From the NCBI GenBank assembly GCA_964202905.1, contig CAXNJO010000003.1, forward strand, positions 384,001 through 448,000: a DNA stretch of 64,000 nucleotides. Reading direction: 5' to 3'. Positions 52,066-62,834 of this stretch are shown in pieces. The translations under genes and the position numbers were made by a program. Source of the stretch: Polyangiales bacterium. Lineage in GTDB: Bacteria; Myxococcota_A; Polyangia; Polyangiales; JADJQN01. The notes under the pieces are model-generated. The model did no database searches. It saw only the letters and a program-made list of their open reading frames with translations, and was not told the origin of the DNA. Every line of letters starts with the position of its first letter. The first letter of the stretch is position 1.

Positions 52066-52158
52066 CGCGTCGTCGCTGACGCGTTGCAGCGGACGCGTCG
52101 CACCGGACGCGCTGCTGCGCACGCGCAGCCAATGACACGCTGAGGATGACGCGCCCGG
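52061..52158. repeat. Degenerate 14-bp tandem array, 7 units, GACGCG core
   Basis: Units at 52061, 52075, 52089, 52103, 52117, 52131, 52145. Confidence 0.8.
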
Positions 52159-52159
52159 G

Positions 52160-53248
52160 TCAGTCGCGACCGAGCAACCAATCCATGAAGCGCCCGAACC
52201 AGCCCTTGCGCTGCGCAGGCACCCCGGCGCCCCCCCCGGCGCCCGCAGCGGGTGCGAAGCCGGACACCTTGGCCGGTGGCATCGAGGAGCTGCCGCCGTA
52301 GCGCTCGGGCCGCAGCGACTCGCCGTCGTCCGCATTCCGCGGCGGCGCGAGCCCGCTCGGCACCGCGTGCCCGTTGGCGGTGAGCGCGTCGGCGCAGATG
52401 CGGCGCAGATCCATCTCGCCGAGCCCGGCGAGGTCGAGCCGCTGCACGTAGCCGAGGAGTTCGGCGACGAGCTTCGAGCTCTTGCCGCCGCGGCTCGCGC
52501 GGAGCAGAGACGGCGCCGCGAGCCGCGAGAAGATCGTGACGCGCTGCAGGTGCGAGAGGGAGTGGATCGGCGCGACGATCGAGCCCGAGACCGCCTCGAC
52601 GACCTCTTGTGGGAGTTGGTTGCGCCGGAGCATCCGCGCGCCGATGATCTCGGCGGGCGCGCCGTAGCGCTTGCGCTCGCGCGCGATGCGCGCGGCCGGG
52701 TCGCCGATCGTCGAGCGCCAGAGCTTCGTGTAGCGCTCGGTGTCGGCGGCCGCGCACGCCATCGCGCCGATCTCGCAGAGGAGCCCGGCGAGGTAGCCGA
52801 GGGACTGCTTCGGGTTGCCGAAGTGCTTGCTCAGATAGCGCGCGATCTCGGCCGAGACGGTGGACGCCTCCTGCAGCTCGACGGAGAGCGCGCCCTCGGC
52901 CGCGAACGCCGCGAGCATCGCCATCGCGCCCGCCATGACGTTGAGCTCGGCCATGCCGATGAGGGTCACGGCGCGCTTGAGATCGGAGACCTTCTCGGCC
53001 TGCGCGTACAGCGGGCTGTTCGCGATGCGCAGCACCTCGGCCGCCATCGCCGGATCCTCCGCGAGCGCCTGCACGACGGGCGTGAACCCCGACCGCTCGT
53101 TGCGCGTCAGCTCGAGCAACCGCGCCGCGGCGGCGGGCACGGCCGCGACCTCGTTGATGCGCGCGAGCACCTGACCGAGGCGCTCCTGATCGACGGCGTC
53201 GGTGTCCGAGCTGAGCTCGAGATCCGTCCACTCCCCGCGGCCGCTCAT
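52160..53248 (-). CDS. HDOD-domain protein
   Basis: EDPAMAAEVLRIANSPLY...AVTLIG...LAGLLCEIG...QLPQEVVEAV; ATG 53248. Confidence 0.88.
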   Translation of the reverse strand: MSGRGEWTDLELSSDTDAVDQERLGQVLARINEVAAVPAAAARLLELTRNERSGFTPVVQALAEDPAMAAEVLRIANSPLYAQAEKVSDLKRAVTLIGMAELNVMAGAMAMLAAFAAEGALSVELQEASTVSAEIARYLSKHFGNPKQSLGYLAGLLCEIGAMACAAADTERYTKLWRSTIGDPAARIARERKRYGAPAEIIGARMLRRNQLPQEVVEAVSGSIVAPIHSLSHLQRVTIFSRLAAPSLLRASRGGKSSKLVAELLGYVQRLDLAGLGEMDLRRICADALTANGHAVPSGLAPPRNADDGESLRPERYGGSSSMPPAKVSGFAPAAGAGGGAGVPAQRKGWFGRFMDWLLGRD

Positions 53249-53459
53249 CGCGCCCCCCCGGCGAGGGCTGCGGCGTGGACGCAGGAGGGGCGGAGGAGGT
53301 CGGTCATGGTGGACGGGTCGCGCGCGTCGCATGCCGCGTCGGCTCGAGCGCAGCGAGGGCGAGGACGAGACCCTATCACACCGCCGCGGGCTGCGGCCGG
53401 CCGATGCACCCCGCCGCGGCGAGGGCGGGGACCCACGGCGCCACCGCGCCGCGTCGCGG

Positions 53460-55643
53460 TCATGACGCCACCGCGCGGAGGCGACCGGCGAGCGCGTCAC
53501 CGACCACTTGCAACAGCGCGCGCTGGCCGAACGGCTTCGCGAGGAAGCCGAAGTCCTCGCTCAGGATGCCCGCGCGCACGACCTCGTCGTCCGTGTAGCC
53601 CGACATGAACACGACGCGGAGCCCGGGACGCTCCTCGGCGATCACGCGCGCGAGCTCGCCACCACCCATCTCGGGCATCACGACGTCGCTGAGCAGCAGG
53701 TCGATGGGGCCCTCGTGCGCGCGGGCCTTCGCGAGCGCATCGACGCCGTTGCGCGCGGCGAGGACACGGTGGCCACCCCCGACGAGGATGCGCTCCGCGA
53801 GCTGCCGCAGCGCGAGCTCGTCCTCGGCGAGCAGGATGGTCGCGCCGGTCGGGCCCGCGGGCTGCCTCGGCGCGCGCTCCGCGGGGGCAGGGGCTGCGAG
53901 CGCGGGCGGCTCGCTGAGCGGCAGGTAGAGATCGAAGATCGTGCCTTCGCCGGGATAGCTGCGCACGTCGATGTGTCCGCCGCTGCTCCGCACGAACGAG
54001 TAGACCATCGCGAGACCGAGGCCGGCGCCGCGCCCCGTCGCGCGCGTCGTGAAGAAGGGCTCGAAGACGCGCGGCCGCGCGGACTCGTCGATCCCGGTGC
54101 CCGTGTCCTCGACCGAGATGCGCACGTACGGCCCGGGCTCGAGCCGCAGCTCGCGCGCATCGACCTCGTCCAGCGTGATCGGCTGCGTGGACAGCGTCAC
54201 CTTGCCGCCACCGGACATCGCGTCGCGCGCGTTGGTGACGAGCTCGATCAGCGCGCGCTCGAGCTGCGGGGCGTCGGCGCGCAGCAGCATCGGGGCCTCG
54301 CCGAGCTCCGTCCGCACCTCGACCTGCACGCCGGCCGCGCTGCGCAGGGCCGGCAGCACCCCGCTGACGAACACGTTGACGTCGAAGAGCGCGCTCTGCT
54401 GGATCGAGCGCCGCCCGAAGGCGAGGAGGCGCGCCGTGAGGTCCCGGGCGCGGCCGGCCGCCTCGAGCGCGCTCACGACCCACTCCTGGTTGGACTCCGG
54501 GACGATCGCGTCGTCCACCAGGATCTCGAGATTGCCGGTGATGACCGTCAGCAAATTGTTGAAATCATGAGCGATTCCACCGGCGAGCCGCCCGAGCGCC
54601 TCCATCTTCTGGGCCTGGAGGAGTTGCGCCTCGAGCACCTTGCGCTCGGTGAGGTCCGTCGCGACCCCCACGATGCCGACGACCTCGCCGCGCGGGTTGC
54701 GGAGCGGCGCCTTGCGCACGAGCAGCTCGCGGCGCGGCTCCGCGCCGAAGGAGCGCTCCGTCGTCGAGGGGCGCCCCGTCTCGCGCACGCGTGCGTCTTC
54801 GGCGCGCGAGAGCTCGCCCTGCTCGGGCCCGAGGAGCGCGGCGTCGGTGGCGCCGAGGATCTCGGACTCGGGTCGACCGAAGAGATCGGTGCCGGCGGGG
54901 TTGATCATCACGTAGCGGCCCTCGAGATCGAGGGCGAAGACGGGGTTCCCCGAGGCGCGCGTGACGCCGCCGAGCAGCTCCGCGTTTTCGTGGAGGGCGC
55001 GCCCGGTGCGCAGGTGCTGCACGACGGCCGAGGCCTGCTGGGCGAGCGCCGACGCGAGTTCGGGCGTGAGCCCGAGTTGGGCATCGGGCGGAGAGGCGAG
55101 GAGCAGCTGCTTCGGGCGGAGCGACGCGCCGCGGATGGCGATGGCGCCCACCTCGCGGGCCCCGCTGCGGATGGCGAGCGAGTGCGCGGCGTCGTCGAGG
55201 CTCGCCGCGCGACCGGCCTCGGGCGGCAGATCCCCGCTCGGCCAGCGCATCGCGCAGCGCCAGCCCGACGCGTCCTCGCGCCACAGCTCGGCCATCGCAG
55301 CGCCCACGGCCGGCACGATCAACGACGCCAGCTCCGCGAGCGCGGCGTCCGGGTCGGCGGGCGTGAGCGCCAGCGCGGAGATCGCGCTGAGCAGCGTCAA
55401 CTCCGCGCTGCGGCGGCGCTCCGCCTCGAGGGCGCGCTCCTGGTCCTTCTGCGCTTCGAGGCGACGGTGGCGCTCGAGGAGCTCGTCGCTGACCGTCTGC
55501 AACGAGTGCTCGAGGAGCGCGCGGTCCGTGTCGTGCTGCGCGTACGTCTCCGCGATCGTCTCGAAGAGCGGGCGCAGCGACTCGGGCACGACGAAGTCCG
55601 CGCCGAGCGCCCGCCGCAGCTGACGTCGCAGCAGGTGGTGCAT
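53460..55643 (-). CDS. Hybrid sensor histidine kinase (GAF-like, PAS, HisKA, HATPase, REC)
   Basis: [48 protein letters not shown]. Confidence 0.95.
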   Translation of the reverse strand: MHHLLRRQLRRALGADFVVPESLRPLFETIAETYAQHDTDRALLEHSLQTVSDELLERHRRLEAQKDQERALEAERRRSAELTLLSAISALALTPADPDAALAELASLIVPAVGAAMAELWREDASGWRCAMRWPSGDLPPEAGRAASLDDAAHSLAIRSGAREVGAIAIRGASLRPKQLLLASPPDAQLGLTPELASALAQQASAVVQHLRTGRALHENAELLGGVTRASGNPVFALDLEGRYVMINPAGTDLFGRPESEILGATDAALLGPEQGELSRAEDARVRETGRPSTTERSFGAEPRRELLVRKAPLRNPRGEVVGIVGVATDLTERKVLEAQLLQAQKMEALGRLAGGIAHDFNNLLTVITGNLEILVDDAIVPESNQEWVVSALEAAGRARDLTARLLAFGRRSIQQSALFDVNVFVSGVLPALRSAAGVQVEVRTELGEAPMLLRADAPQLERALIELVTNARDAMSGGGKVTLSTQPITLDEVDARELRLEPGPYVRISVEDTGTGIDESARPRVFEPFFTTRATGRGAGLGLAMVYSFVRSSGGHIDVRSYPGEGTIFDLYLPLSEPPALAAPAPAERAPRQPAGPTGATILLAEDELALRQLAERILVGGGHRVLAARNGVDALAKARAHEGPIDLLLSDVVMPEMGGGELARVIAEERPGLRVVFMSGYTDDEVVRAGILSEDFGFLAKPFGQRALLQVVGDALAGRLRAVAS

Positions 55644-55649
55644 CCGCGC

Positions 55650-56838
55650 TCAGACCTCGGCGAAGGTGCTGATGGTCATCGTCTGATTGTGGAGTTCGCA
55701 GCGGGCGCCCTGCGTGCGCGGGGAGATCTCGCCGTAGGAGTAGAAACCCGCGAGCGCGCAGCCGGGGCCGACGACCTCGCGCACGCCTTCGAGTTCCTCG
55801 TCGGTGCGCACGCCGAGCACGAGCTTGCGACCGACGCAGCTGACGAGCAGGGCGAGCGAGGCGGGCGTCCCGCCCATGAGCGCGTGCGAGGCGCTGGCCG
55901 CGCCGCTCGCGCCGTCGATGAGCCGATCGAGGTTCGCGCGCATGAGCCGCGCGAAGCTCCCCTGCGGCACGTCCCCCGCGAAGATCAGGCTGCCCGCGGC
56001 CTCGTCGATGCCGAGGATGGTGCGCACGACGCCCGATGCGCGGCCCGGGTCGAGGACCATCAGCGGGAAGAGCAGACCGCTCGCGGGGAGGCGCTCCGCG
56101 TGCGGGCCGAGGTAGCGGCGGTAGAGCGCGAGCGCGGACTCGCCGTCGAGCTCGTAGAGGACGTTGCCGACGGCGCGGGTCACGACGCGGTCGGGACCGA
56201 ACGGGATCCCAACCGCCGAGCGAGCCGTGGCCCGTGACGAGCCGCTCCCCGTAGAGCCCGAGCGCGACGACCTCGCCCGCGCGCGCCTCGCCCCCGACGA
56301 CGACGCACGTCTCCGCGAACGCCGCGCCGTCGCCGGCGAGCCCGCCCGTGACCGGCACGCCGTCGACGGCCTCGGTGAGCCCGCGCGCGAGGTCGCTGCC
56401 GTTGACGCGCAGCCCCTCCGAGAACACGAGCACGTGCCGGAGCCCCGGCCCCGCGAGCTCGACGCCGAGGGCGCGGCCCGTCTCGAAGCTGGCGTCCGCC
56501 GCGGGCAGCGCGCGGGCCGCGCAGCGCACCGACGCGTGCTCGAGGGTGACCGCCGTGGCGACCACGGTGTCGTCGAGCACACGATCATCGAGCACACGGT
56601 CGTCGGTGGGCTTCTCGCCCGATGGGCCACCCGCGAGGGCGCGGCCATCCACGATCTCACCCGAGGTGCTCGCGCCGATCACGGGGACGCCGGGCCACGC
56701 GGCGCGCAGGTCGGCGAGCGCGGACGTCTCGTGCAGGGCCTGCCGCGCACCGAAGACCAGCACGAACGAAGGCGTGTCACCCCCGAGCGGTGCGCTCCAA
56801 CCCGTCCCGGCCTTGTGGATCCGCTGAGCGACGCGCAT
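55650..56838 (-). CDS. FIST-domain (NosP-like) signal protein (frameshift near 56210)
   Basis: GASTSGEI, GGLAGD, SLGGWD joining PFGP, SCVGRK, GFYSYGEI, LHNQTMT. Confidence 0.88.
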
Positions 56839-56995
56839 GGGGTCTCCTAGGACGTCGCGTGGCGGCGCCCGCGCGCGGATCAACGGCCCGCTGGAGCCAC
56901 CCTTGAGGGGCCCCGCGACGAATGGGCCACGCGCGCCCCGCGTGCCCGAGCCACGTCTCGAAACGCGACGGCGGCGCGTGGGCCTGGCGCCGCGG

Positions 56996-59350
56996 TCAGA
57001 GCATGTTCACCGGGTCCACATCGACCGACGCGCGCGCCGGCGCGAGCCCGGCGTCGATGCGGTCGGCGACGGCCGTCGCGACGGCGCGGAGCGCGCCCCG
57101 ATCGGCGCCGCGCAGCATCAGCCGCCAGCGGAAGCGGGCGCGGAGACGCGTGATGGGTGCGGGGGCCGGCCCGAGGACGCGCACGAGCCCGCGCACGACG
57201 GCCGGGTGCGCCCGCGCGACGCGCGCCAGTTCCTCCGTGGCGGCCTGCGCCTGCCCCTCGTCGCCCGCGTCGACACGCACCGCGACGAGCCGCGAAAAGG
57301 GCGCGTAGCCGAGCTCGCGCCGCGCCTCGAGCTCGGTCGCGTGGAAGCTGAAGTAGTCGTGCCGACTCGCGTGGATGATCGCGGGGTTTTCGGGCTGCCA
57401 GGTCTGGAGCAGCACGCGCCCCTCGCCGTCGCCGCGGCCCGCGCGCCCCGCGACCTGCGCGAGGAGCTGGAAGGTGCGCTCGGCCGCGCGGAAATCCGGG
57501 AAGGCGAGGGACTGATCGGCGACGATCACGCCGACGAGCGTCACGCCGGGCAGATCGTGGCCCTTCGTGACCATCTGCGTGCCGACGAGCAGGTCGATCT
57601 CGCGCCGCCGCATCCGCTCGAGCACCGCCTCGACGCCATCCACGCCGCGCGCCGTGTCGCGATCGAGCCGCGCGACGCGCGCCGGCGCGAAGACCTGCGC
57701 GAGCGCGTCCTCGAGGCGCTCCGTCCCGAGGCCGATCGGCTCGAGGGCCTCCTTCTGGCAACGAAGACAGGTGCGCGAGGCGGGCGCGGCGAAGTCGCAG
57801 TAATGACAGCGCAGCGCGCGCGCGCTGCGGTGCTCGGTGAGCGCGACGCTGCAGGCCGGGCACTCCATGATCTCCTCGCACGCCCCGCAGCGCAGGGTCG
57901 GCGAGAAGCCCCGGCGGTTGAGGAAGAGGATCGCCTGCCCCTGCTGCGCGAGGCACTGCTCGATCGCGCGGTGCAGCGGCGTCGTGATGAGCGGGTGGCC
58001 GCTCGGCGTGCCGCGGTAGCGCGCGAGATCGACGATCTCGACGCGGGGGAGCGGGCGCGGCGTCGCGCGCTCGGGCATCGAGAGCCGCGTGAGGCGCCGC
58101 TGTTCGGAGAGGTGGTAGCTCTCGACGCTCGGCGTCGCGCTGCCGAGCACGCAGAGGGCGCCGGCGCGGTGCGCGCGCAGCAGCGCGAGGTCGCGCGCGT
58201 GGTAGCGGAAGCCCTCCTCCTGCTTGAACGACGGGTCGTGCTCTTCGTCGACGACGATGACGCCGAGGCGCGCGACGGGCGCGAAGATCGCCGAGCGCGC
58301 GCCGATCGCGAGCGTCACCGCGCCGCTCCGCAGGGCCCGCCACGCGTCGTTGCGCTCGCGGTCCTTGAGGCCGCTGTGCAGCACCGCGAGCCCGTCGCCG
58401 AAGCGCGCGCGGAAGCGGCCGACGAGCTGCGGCGTCAGCGCGATCTCGGGCACGAGGAGGATCGCGCCGCGCCCCTGTGCACGCACCGCGTCGATCGTGC
58501 GGAGGTAGACCTCCGTCTTGCCGGAGCCCGTCACGCCGTGGAGCAGGAAGCCGCGGTATCCGCCCGCCTCCGCCGCGGCGACGAGCGCGTCGATCGCGGC
58601 CTGTTGCGCGGGGTTGGGCACGGGCGGCACGTCGCGCGGGACGCTCGTCGCGAAGTACGGATCGGCGACGACGTCGCGCTCCTCGGTCGCGACGAGGCCG
58701 CGCCGCGCGAGCGCCCGGAGCACGGTGCGCGGCTCCTCGACGTGCTGCCGCAACTCCGCGAGGGACACCTCGCCGCGCGCCTCGAGCAGCGCGAGCACCT
58801 CCCGCTGTCGCTCGCCGAGGCGCTCCTCCCCGCGCGGCGCGTCGGTGCGCCTCACGAAGAGCGCGCGTCGCGTCGCGATCGCGGCGCCGGGCAGCGCCTC
58901 CTCCGCGTCGAGGAAGCCCTCGTCCCGCAGGCGCGCGTGCACCTCGTCCGGCAGCGCGGGCGTGGCCGCGCGCAGCACCTCGCCGAGCGGATGCAGGTAG
59001 TAGTCGGCGGCCTCGACGAGCAGCGCGAGCAGCTCCGCGGTGAACACGGGCGTCGCGTCGATGAGACCCGCGATGCTGCGGACGCGGCTGCCCGGCGGCG
59101 GCACGGGCGCGGGGCCGAGCACGATCGCCGGGAGTTTGCGCGGGCCGAAGGGGACCGCGACGCGCACGCCGGGGACGACCTGCGCGACGAGCCGCGCGGG
59201 CACGCGGTAGGTGAAGCGGCGGCGCAGCGGCACGGGCACCGCGACCTCGACGAGCGCGTCGCCGGGCTCGCGGGCGTCGGACGCGCGCGGGGCGCGCTCC
59301 CGGCGCGCGGGTGGGCGCGGCGCGCCGGTGTCGAAGAGCGTGCCGGTCAA
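56996..59350 (-). CDS. priA: Primosomal protein N'
   Basis: HGVTGSGKTEVY, VPEIALTPQ, DEEHD, four CxxC pairs, GTQMVTKGHD, QVAGRAGR, DVDP; TTG 59350 overlaps the upstream stop. Confidence 0.96.
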   Translation of the reverse strand: MTGTLFDTGAPRPPARRERAPRASDAREPGDALVEVAVPVPLRRRFTYRVPARLVAQVVPGVRVAVPFGPRKLPAIVLGPAPVPPPGSRVRSIAGLIDATPVFTAELLALLVEAADYYLHPLGEVLRAATPALPDEVHARLRDEGFLDAEEALPGAAIATRRALFVRRTDAPRGEERLGERQREVLALLEARGEVSLAELRQHVEEPRTVLRALARRGLVATEERDVVADPYFATSVPRDVPPVPNPAQQAAIDALVAAAEAGGYRGFLLHGVTGSGKTEVYLRTIDAVRAQGRGAILLVPEIALTPQLVGRFRARFGDGLAVLHSGLKDRERNDAWRALRSGAVTLAIGARSAIFAPVARLGVIVVDEEHDPSFKQEEGFRYHARDLALLRAHRAGALCVLGSATPSVESYHLSEQRRLTRLSMPERATPRPLPRVEIVDLARYRGTPSGHPLITTPLHRAIEQCLAQQGQAILFLNRRGFSPTLRCGACEEIMECPACSVALTEHRSARALRCHYCDFAAPASRTCLRCQKEALEPIGLGTERLEDALAQVFAPARVARLDRDTARGVDGVEAVLERMRRREIDLLVGTQMVTKGHDLPGVTLVGVIVADQSLAFPDFRAAERTFQLLAQVAGRAGRGDGEGRVLLQTWQPENPAIIHASRHDYFSFHATELEARRELGYAPFSRLVAVRVDAGDEGQAQAATEELARVARAHPAVVRGLVRVLGPAPAPITRLRARFRWRLMLRGADRGALRAVATAVADRIDAGLAPARASVDVDPVNML

Positions 59351-60420
59351 GGGCGCGGCTCCGCGTCGCCGTCGTCCGCGCGGGCGCGCTGCTCCCACGC
59401 GACGTGCAGCACGGCGGCCACGGCCTCGAACAGCGACTCCGGGATCGGCGCGCCGTGCTCGAGCGCGAAGAGCGCCCGCGCGAGCGGCACGTCGCGCAGC
59501 ACGGGCACGCCGGCCTCCTCGGCCGCGCGGATCATGCGCTGCGCGAGCTCGTCGGCGCCGCGCGCGAGGACCTCGGGCGCGTCCTGCTCGCCGTCTTCGT
59601 CGTACTGCAGCGCGACGGCGAGGTGCGTCGGGTTCACGACGAGCACGTCCGCGCCGCGCACGCGCTCGAGGACGCCGTGCTCGAGGATCTCGCGGCGCAA
59701 GCGCTCCCGCTCGCCCTTGGTGTGCGGATCGCCGTCGCTCTCCTTGTGCTCACGCTTCACCTCGTCCTTCGACATGCGCTGATCGACGAGGAACTGCCAG
59801 CGCTGGTAGAGCAGGTCGAGCGCCCCGAGGGCGGCCATCGCGCCGCCGACGCGCAGCAGCAGCGCGGAGACCAGCGCGCCCGCGCCGCGCAGCGCCGCCC
59901 CGGCGTCACGGCCGGTCAGCGCGAGCACGCCGCGGGCGCCGTCGCGCAGCGTCACCCAGGCCGTCGCGCCGACCACCACCATCACGATCGCGGCCTTCAC
60001 GAGCTCCACGAGGCGCTTGCGTTGCAGGAGGTTGCGCACGCCGGCGAGGGGGTCGAGCCGCGAGAGGCGGGGCTCGACGCTCTCGAGCGCGAGGAGCGGG
60101 CCGACTTGCAGGAAGCCCGCGAGCGTCCCGGCGACGAGCGCGGCGCCGAGCGTCGGCGCGACCGCGCGCAGCCCGGTGCCGAGCGCCGCCTCGAGCGCCG
60201 CGCCCGGCGCGACGGGGCGCGTGCCGTCGACGGCGCCGAGCGAGAGGGAGAACACCCCACGCAGCGCGTCGAGCACCGACTCGCCCGTGAACGCGAGCGC
60301 GCCCGCCGTCGCGAGCACGACCGCGGCCGTGCCCGCGTCGCGGCTCCGCGCGACCCGCCCCTCGCGGCGTGCGTCGCGGAGCTTCTTCTCGGTGGGCTGC
60401 TCGGTCTTCTCGGAGGACAC
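59347..60420 (-). CDS. EscU/YscU/FlhB-family type III export switch protein
   Basis: EKTEQPTEKKLRDARREG, TM helices, MSKDEVKREHKESDGDP, NPTH cleavage motif, VPLARAL, IPESLFEAVA. Confidence 0.93.
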   Translation of the reverse strand: MSSEKTEQPTEKKLRDARREGRVARSRDAGTAAVVLATAGALAFTGESVLDALRGVFSLSLGAVDGTRPVAPGAALEAALGTGLRAVAPTLGAALVAGTLAGFLQVGPLLALESVEPRLSRLDPLAGVRNLLQRKRLVELVKAAIVMVVVGATAWVTLRDGARGVLALTGRDAGAALRGAGALVSALLLRVGGAMAALGALDLLYQRWQFLVDQRMSKDEVKREHKESDGDPHTKGERERLRREILEHGVLERVRGADVLVVNPTHLAVALQYDEDGEQDAPEVLARGADELAQRMIRAAEEAGVPVLRDVPLARALFALEHGAPIPESLFEAVAAVLHVAWEQRARADDGDAEPRP

Positions 60421-60511
60421 GGGCCCGCGAGCCTAACGCCGCAGGGCCCCGCACGGAACGGCGATTCCATACGGCAAATAACACAACGAATCCAAGCACA
60501 TACAGACTGCG

Positions 60512-62773
60512 TCAGTGACGCAGCGCCGCGTCCGCCTCCGCCGCGCCGACGCCGCGCCCCGCGCGCGCCGCGAGCAGCACGCCCCGCGCGCCCGAGGCGA
60601 GCAGCCCCGCGGCCGCGAGTCGCCGCTTGCGCTCGTCGGCGCCCTGCAGATCGCGCGACAGGCCGCGGCGCAGCGCACGCGCCGAGAGCCCGCCGGGGTG
60701 CCGCGAGCCCTCCGTGAGCGCGCGGGCGAAGGCGTCCCAGAACGCGCCGATGCCCATGTCCCTCAGGCGAAGGAGGCGCTCGAGGCGGGCGTGCAGCCGG
60801 CCGGTCTCGAGGTCACGCGCGTCGAAGAGCGGCTTGAACGACGCGACGCGCGCGCGCACGAGCTCGTCGAGCGCGCGGTCGGTGCGCATGCGCTGCGCGA
60901 GGGCGCGGAGCCCCGCGTCGCCCCCGCCGAGCGCGATGGCGTACGCGGCGTTGGGGCGCGCGCGCGCGTCCTCGAGGAGCGTCGCGAGCTCGGCCTCGAG
61001 GCCCGGATCGCCCGCTGCGCCGACGACGCCGACGATCGCGAGCGTGCGGTCGTCGTCGGCCCCGCTCCGCAGGTAGCCCATCAGCCGGGGGAGCACGCCG
61101 GACGGCACGCGGTGCACGAGCGCGCGTGTGAGCGCGGCGCGCTGATCCTCGGGCGTGCCGGGATCGACGAGGCGGTTCACGACCCGTTCGAGCGTCGCGT
61201 CGTCGCCCACGATGCCGAGGGCGTCCGCGGCCGCGAGCCGGATCCGCGGGTCGACAGCGGGGGCCTCGAGCCAGCCGTAGAGCGGCCCGGACGCCTCGCG
61301 CAGCCCGAGCCGCGCGACCGCGTCGAACGCCGCGAACGCGAGCGTCCCGTCGTCGCGCACGGGCCGCGCGAGCACGCGGAGGGCCGTCGTCCCCGCGGCC
61401 GCGTCGCCGCAGCGCGCCAGCATCCCGAGCGCCCACGCCTGCGTGGCCGACGACCCGAGCAGCGCGCGCGCGTCGGCGAGCGAGTCCGCCGAGCACGCGC
61501 CCGCCTCGCCCATCGCGACGAGGACCGCGCCCGAGAGGTCGCGGCGCGTCCGGAGCAGCCTGGCGAGGACGGGCTCGACGGCCGCGGGCTCGCCGATCGC
61601 GCCGAGAATATCGAGGATCTGGCGCGCGACCGCGTCGTCGGCGTCCGCGAGCAGCGGCTCGACGACGGCGACGGCGCGCGCGTCGCCCACCTCGGCGAGC
61701 GCGCGGGCGATGGCGATCCGCCCCGCCGGGTCGGGCGTGCGCTCGAGCTCGGCGACGAACGCGTCGCCGGCGCGCGGGTCGTAGATCTCGGCGATGAGGC
61801 GCCCGAGCAGCGCGCGCGTCGAGCGCTCGTCCGTGGTCTGCAGGAGCAGCGAGAGGCCGGGCGCGCCCACCTCGTGGCTGAACGCCTGACCGAGCGGCTC
61901 GCGGAGCGCGGGCTTGCTGGCGAGCGCGGCCGCGACCGCGCCGAGCGCCGCCCCCGTGCCGCAGCGTCCGAGGCTCACGCACGCGGCGACGGCGACCTCC
62001 TGCGCGGGATCGCGCGTCGCCGCGGCGAGCGCGTTGGCCGCGGGTTCGTCGCAGATCGGGCCGAGCCAGGTCGCCGAGAACTGACGCACGACGGGGTGCG
62101 CGTCGCCGAGGCGCGCGATCATCCCGTCGCGCCCGAGCACCGCGGCGAGCTTCGAGGCGTCGTAGCTCGGCGTCTGCTGGAGCGTGCCCTCGGCGAGCGC
62201 GCGCATGGCGTCCTCGAGGCCGCGCGGATCACCGAGCGCCGTGAGCGCCCAGGCGCCGATGAACTTCTCGCCCGGGTCGCTGCTCGTCAGCATGGCGGCG
62301 AGCCCGTCGCGCGCGGGGAGCGCGGCCGGCGCGCCGATGCGGGCGAGGGCCTCGGCGGCCGCCTTGCGCTCTTCGCCGCTGCGACCGAGGGCCTCGACGA
62401 GCAGCGGGACGCCCGGCGCGTGCTGCGCCTCGCCGAGGTAACGGAACGCGCCCGCGCGCGACGTCGAGTGCAGCCCCGCCTCGAGGAGGGATTGCACGCG
62501 CGGCGCGCCCACCTCGTGCGGGGTGCCGAGCGCGCTCGCGAGCTCTTCGGCGGAGCGGCTGCGCTCGCGCGTGTCGACGTACGCCCAGCCGCCGACGCCG
62601 GCGACCGCGAGCGCGAGCAGCGCGACGAGCAGCTTCGTGCGCAGCGGGACCTTCCGCTGCATCTCGGCGACGAACATCGCCGTCCCCATCACGGTGGAGG
62701 CGAACTTGTTGTTGAACTTCGCGCCGCTCTTGCGCTGCGTGAGCCCCTTGGGGACAAACGGATCGTCGCTCAT
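60512..62773 (-). CDS. Membrane-anchored HEAT-repeat protein
   Basis: One N-terminal TM, then repeats such as RKAAAEALARIG and RLAAADALGIVG. Confidence 0.82.
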   Translation of the reverse strand: MSDDPFVPKGLTQRKSGAKFNNKFASTVMGTAMFVAEMQRKVPLRTKLLVALLALAVAGVGGWAYVDTRERSRSAEELASALGTPHEVGAPRVQSLLEAGLHSTSRAGAFRYLGEAQHAPGVPLLVEALGRSGEERKAAAEALARIGAPAALPARDGLAAMLTSSDPGEKFIGAWALTALGDPRGLEDAMRALAEGTLQQTPSYDASKLAAVLGRDGMIARLGDAHPVVRQFSATWLGPICDEPAANALAAATRDPAQEVAVAACVSLGRCGTGAALGAVAAALASKPALREPLGQAFSHEVGAPGLSLLLQTTDERSTRALLGRLIAEIYDPRAGDAFVAELERTPDPAGRIAIARALAEVGDARAVAVVEPLLADADDAVARQILDILGAIGEPAAVEPVLARLLRTRRDLSGAVLVAMGEAGACSADSLADARALLGSSATQAWALGMLARCGDAAAGTTALRVLARPVRDDGTLAFAAFDAVARLGLREASGPLYGWLEAPAVDPRIRLAAADALGIVGDDATLERVVNRLVDPGTPEDQRAALTRALVHRVPSGVLPRLMGYLRSGADDDRTLAIVGVVGAAGDPGLEAELATLLEDARARPNAAYAIALGGGDAGLRALAQRMRTDRALDELVRARVASFKPLFDARDLETGRLHARLERLLRLRDMGIGAFWDAFARALTEGSRHPGGLSARALRRGLSRDLQGADERKRRLAAAGLLASGARGVLLAARAGRGVGAAEADAALRH

Positions 62774-62834
62774 GGCGACGGTTCTACACCACGCGCCCGG
62801 TGACCGGCTGCGTTCTTCGCGGGGGGCGGCTCCG

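Noticed and set aside
53508..59782. Long antisense ORFs (909 aa, 981 aa) and similar ones across the window
   Set aside because: Stop-poor shadow frames expected at this GC level; Arg/Ala-rich with no motifs.
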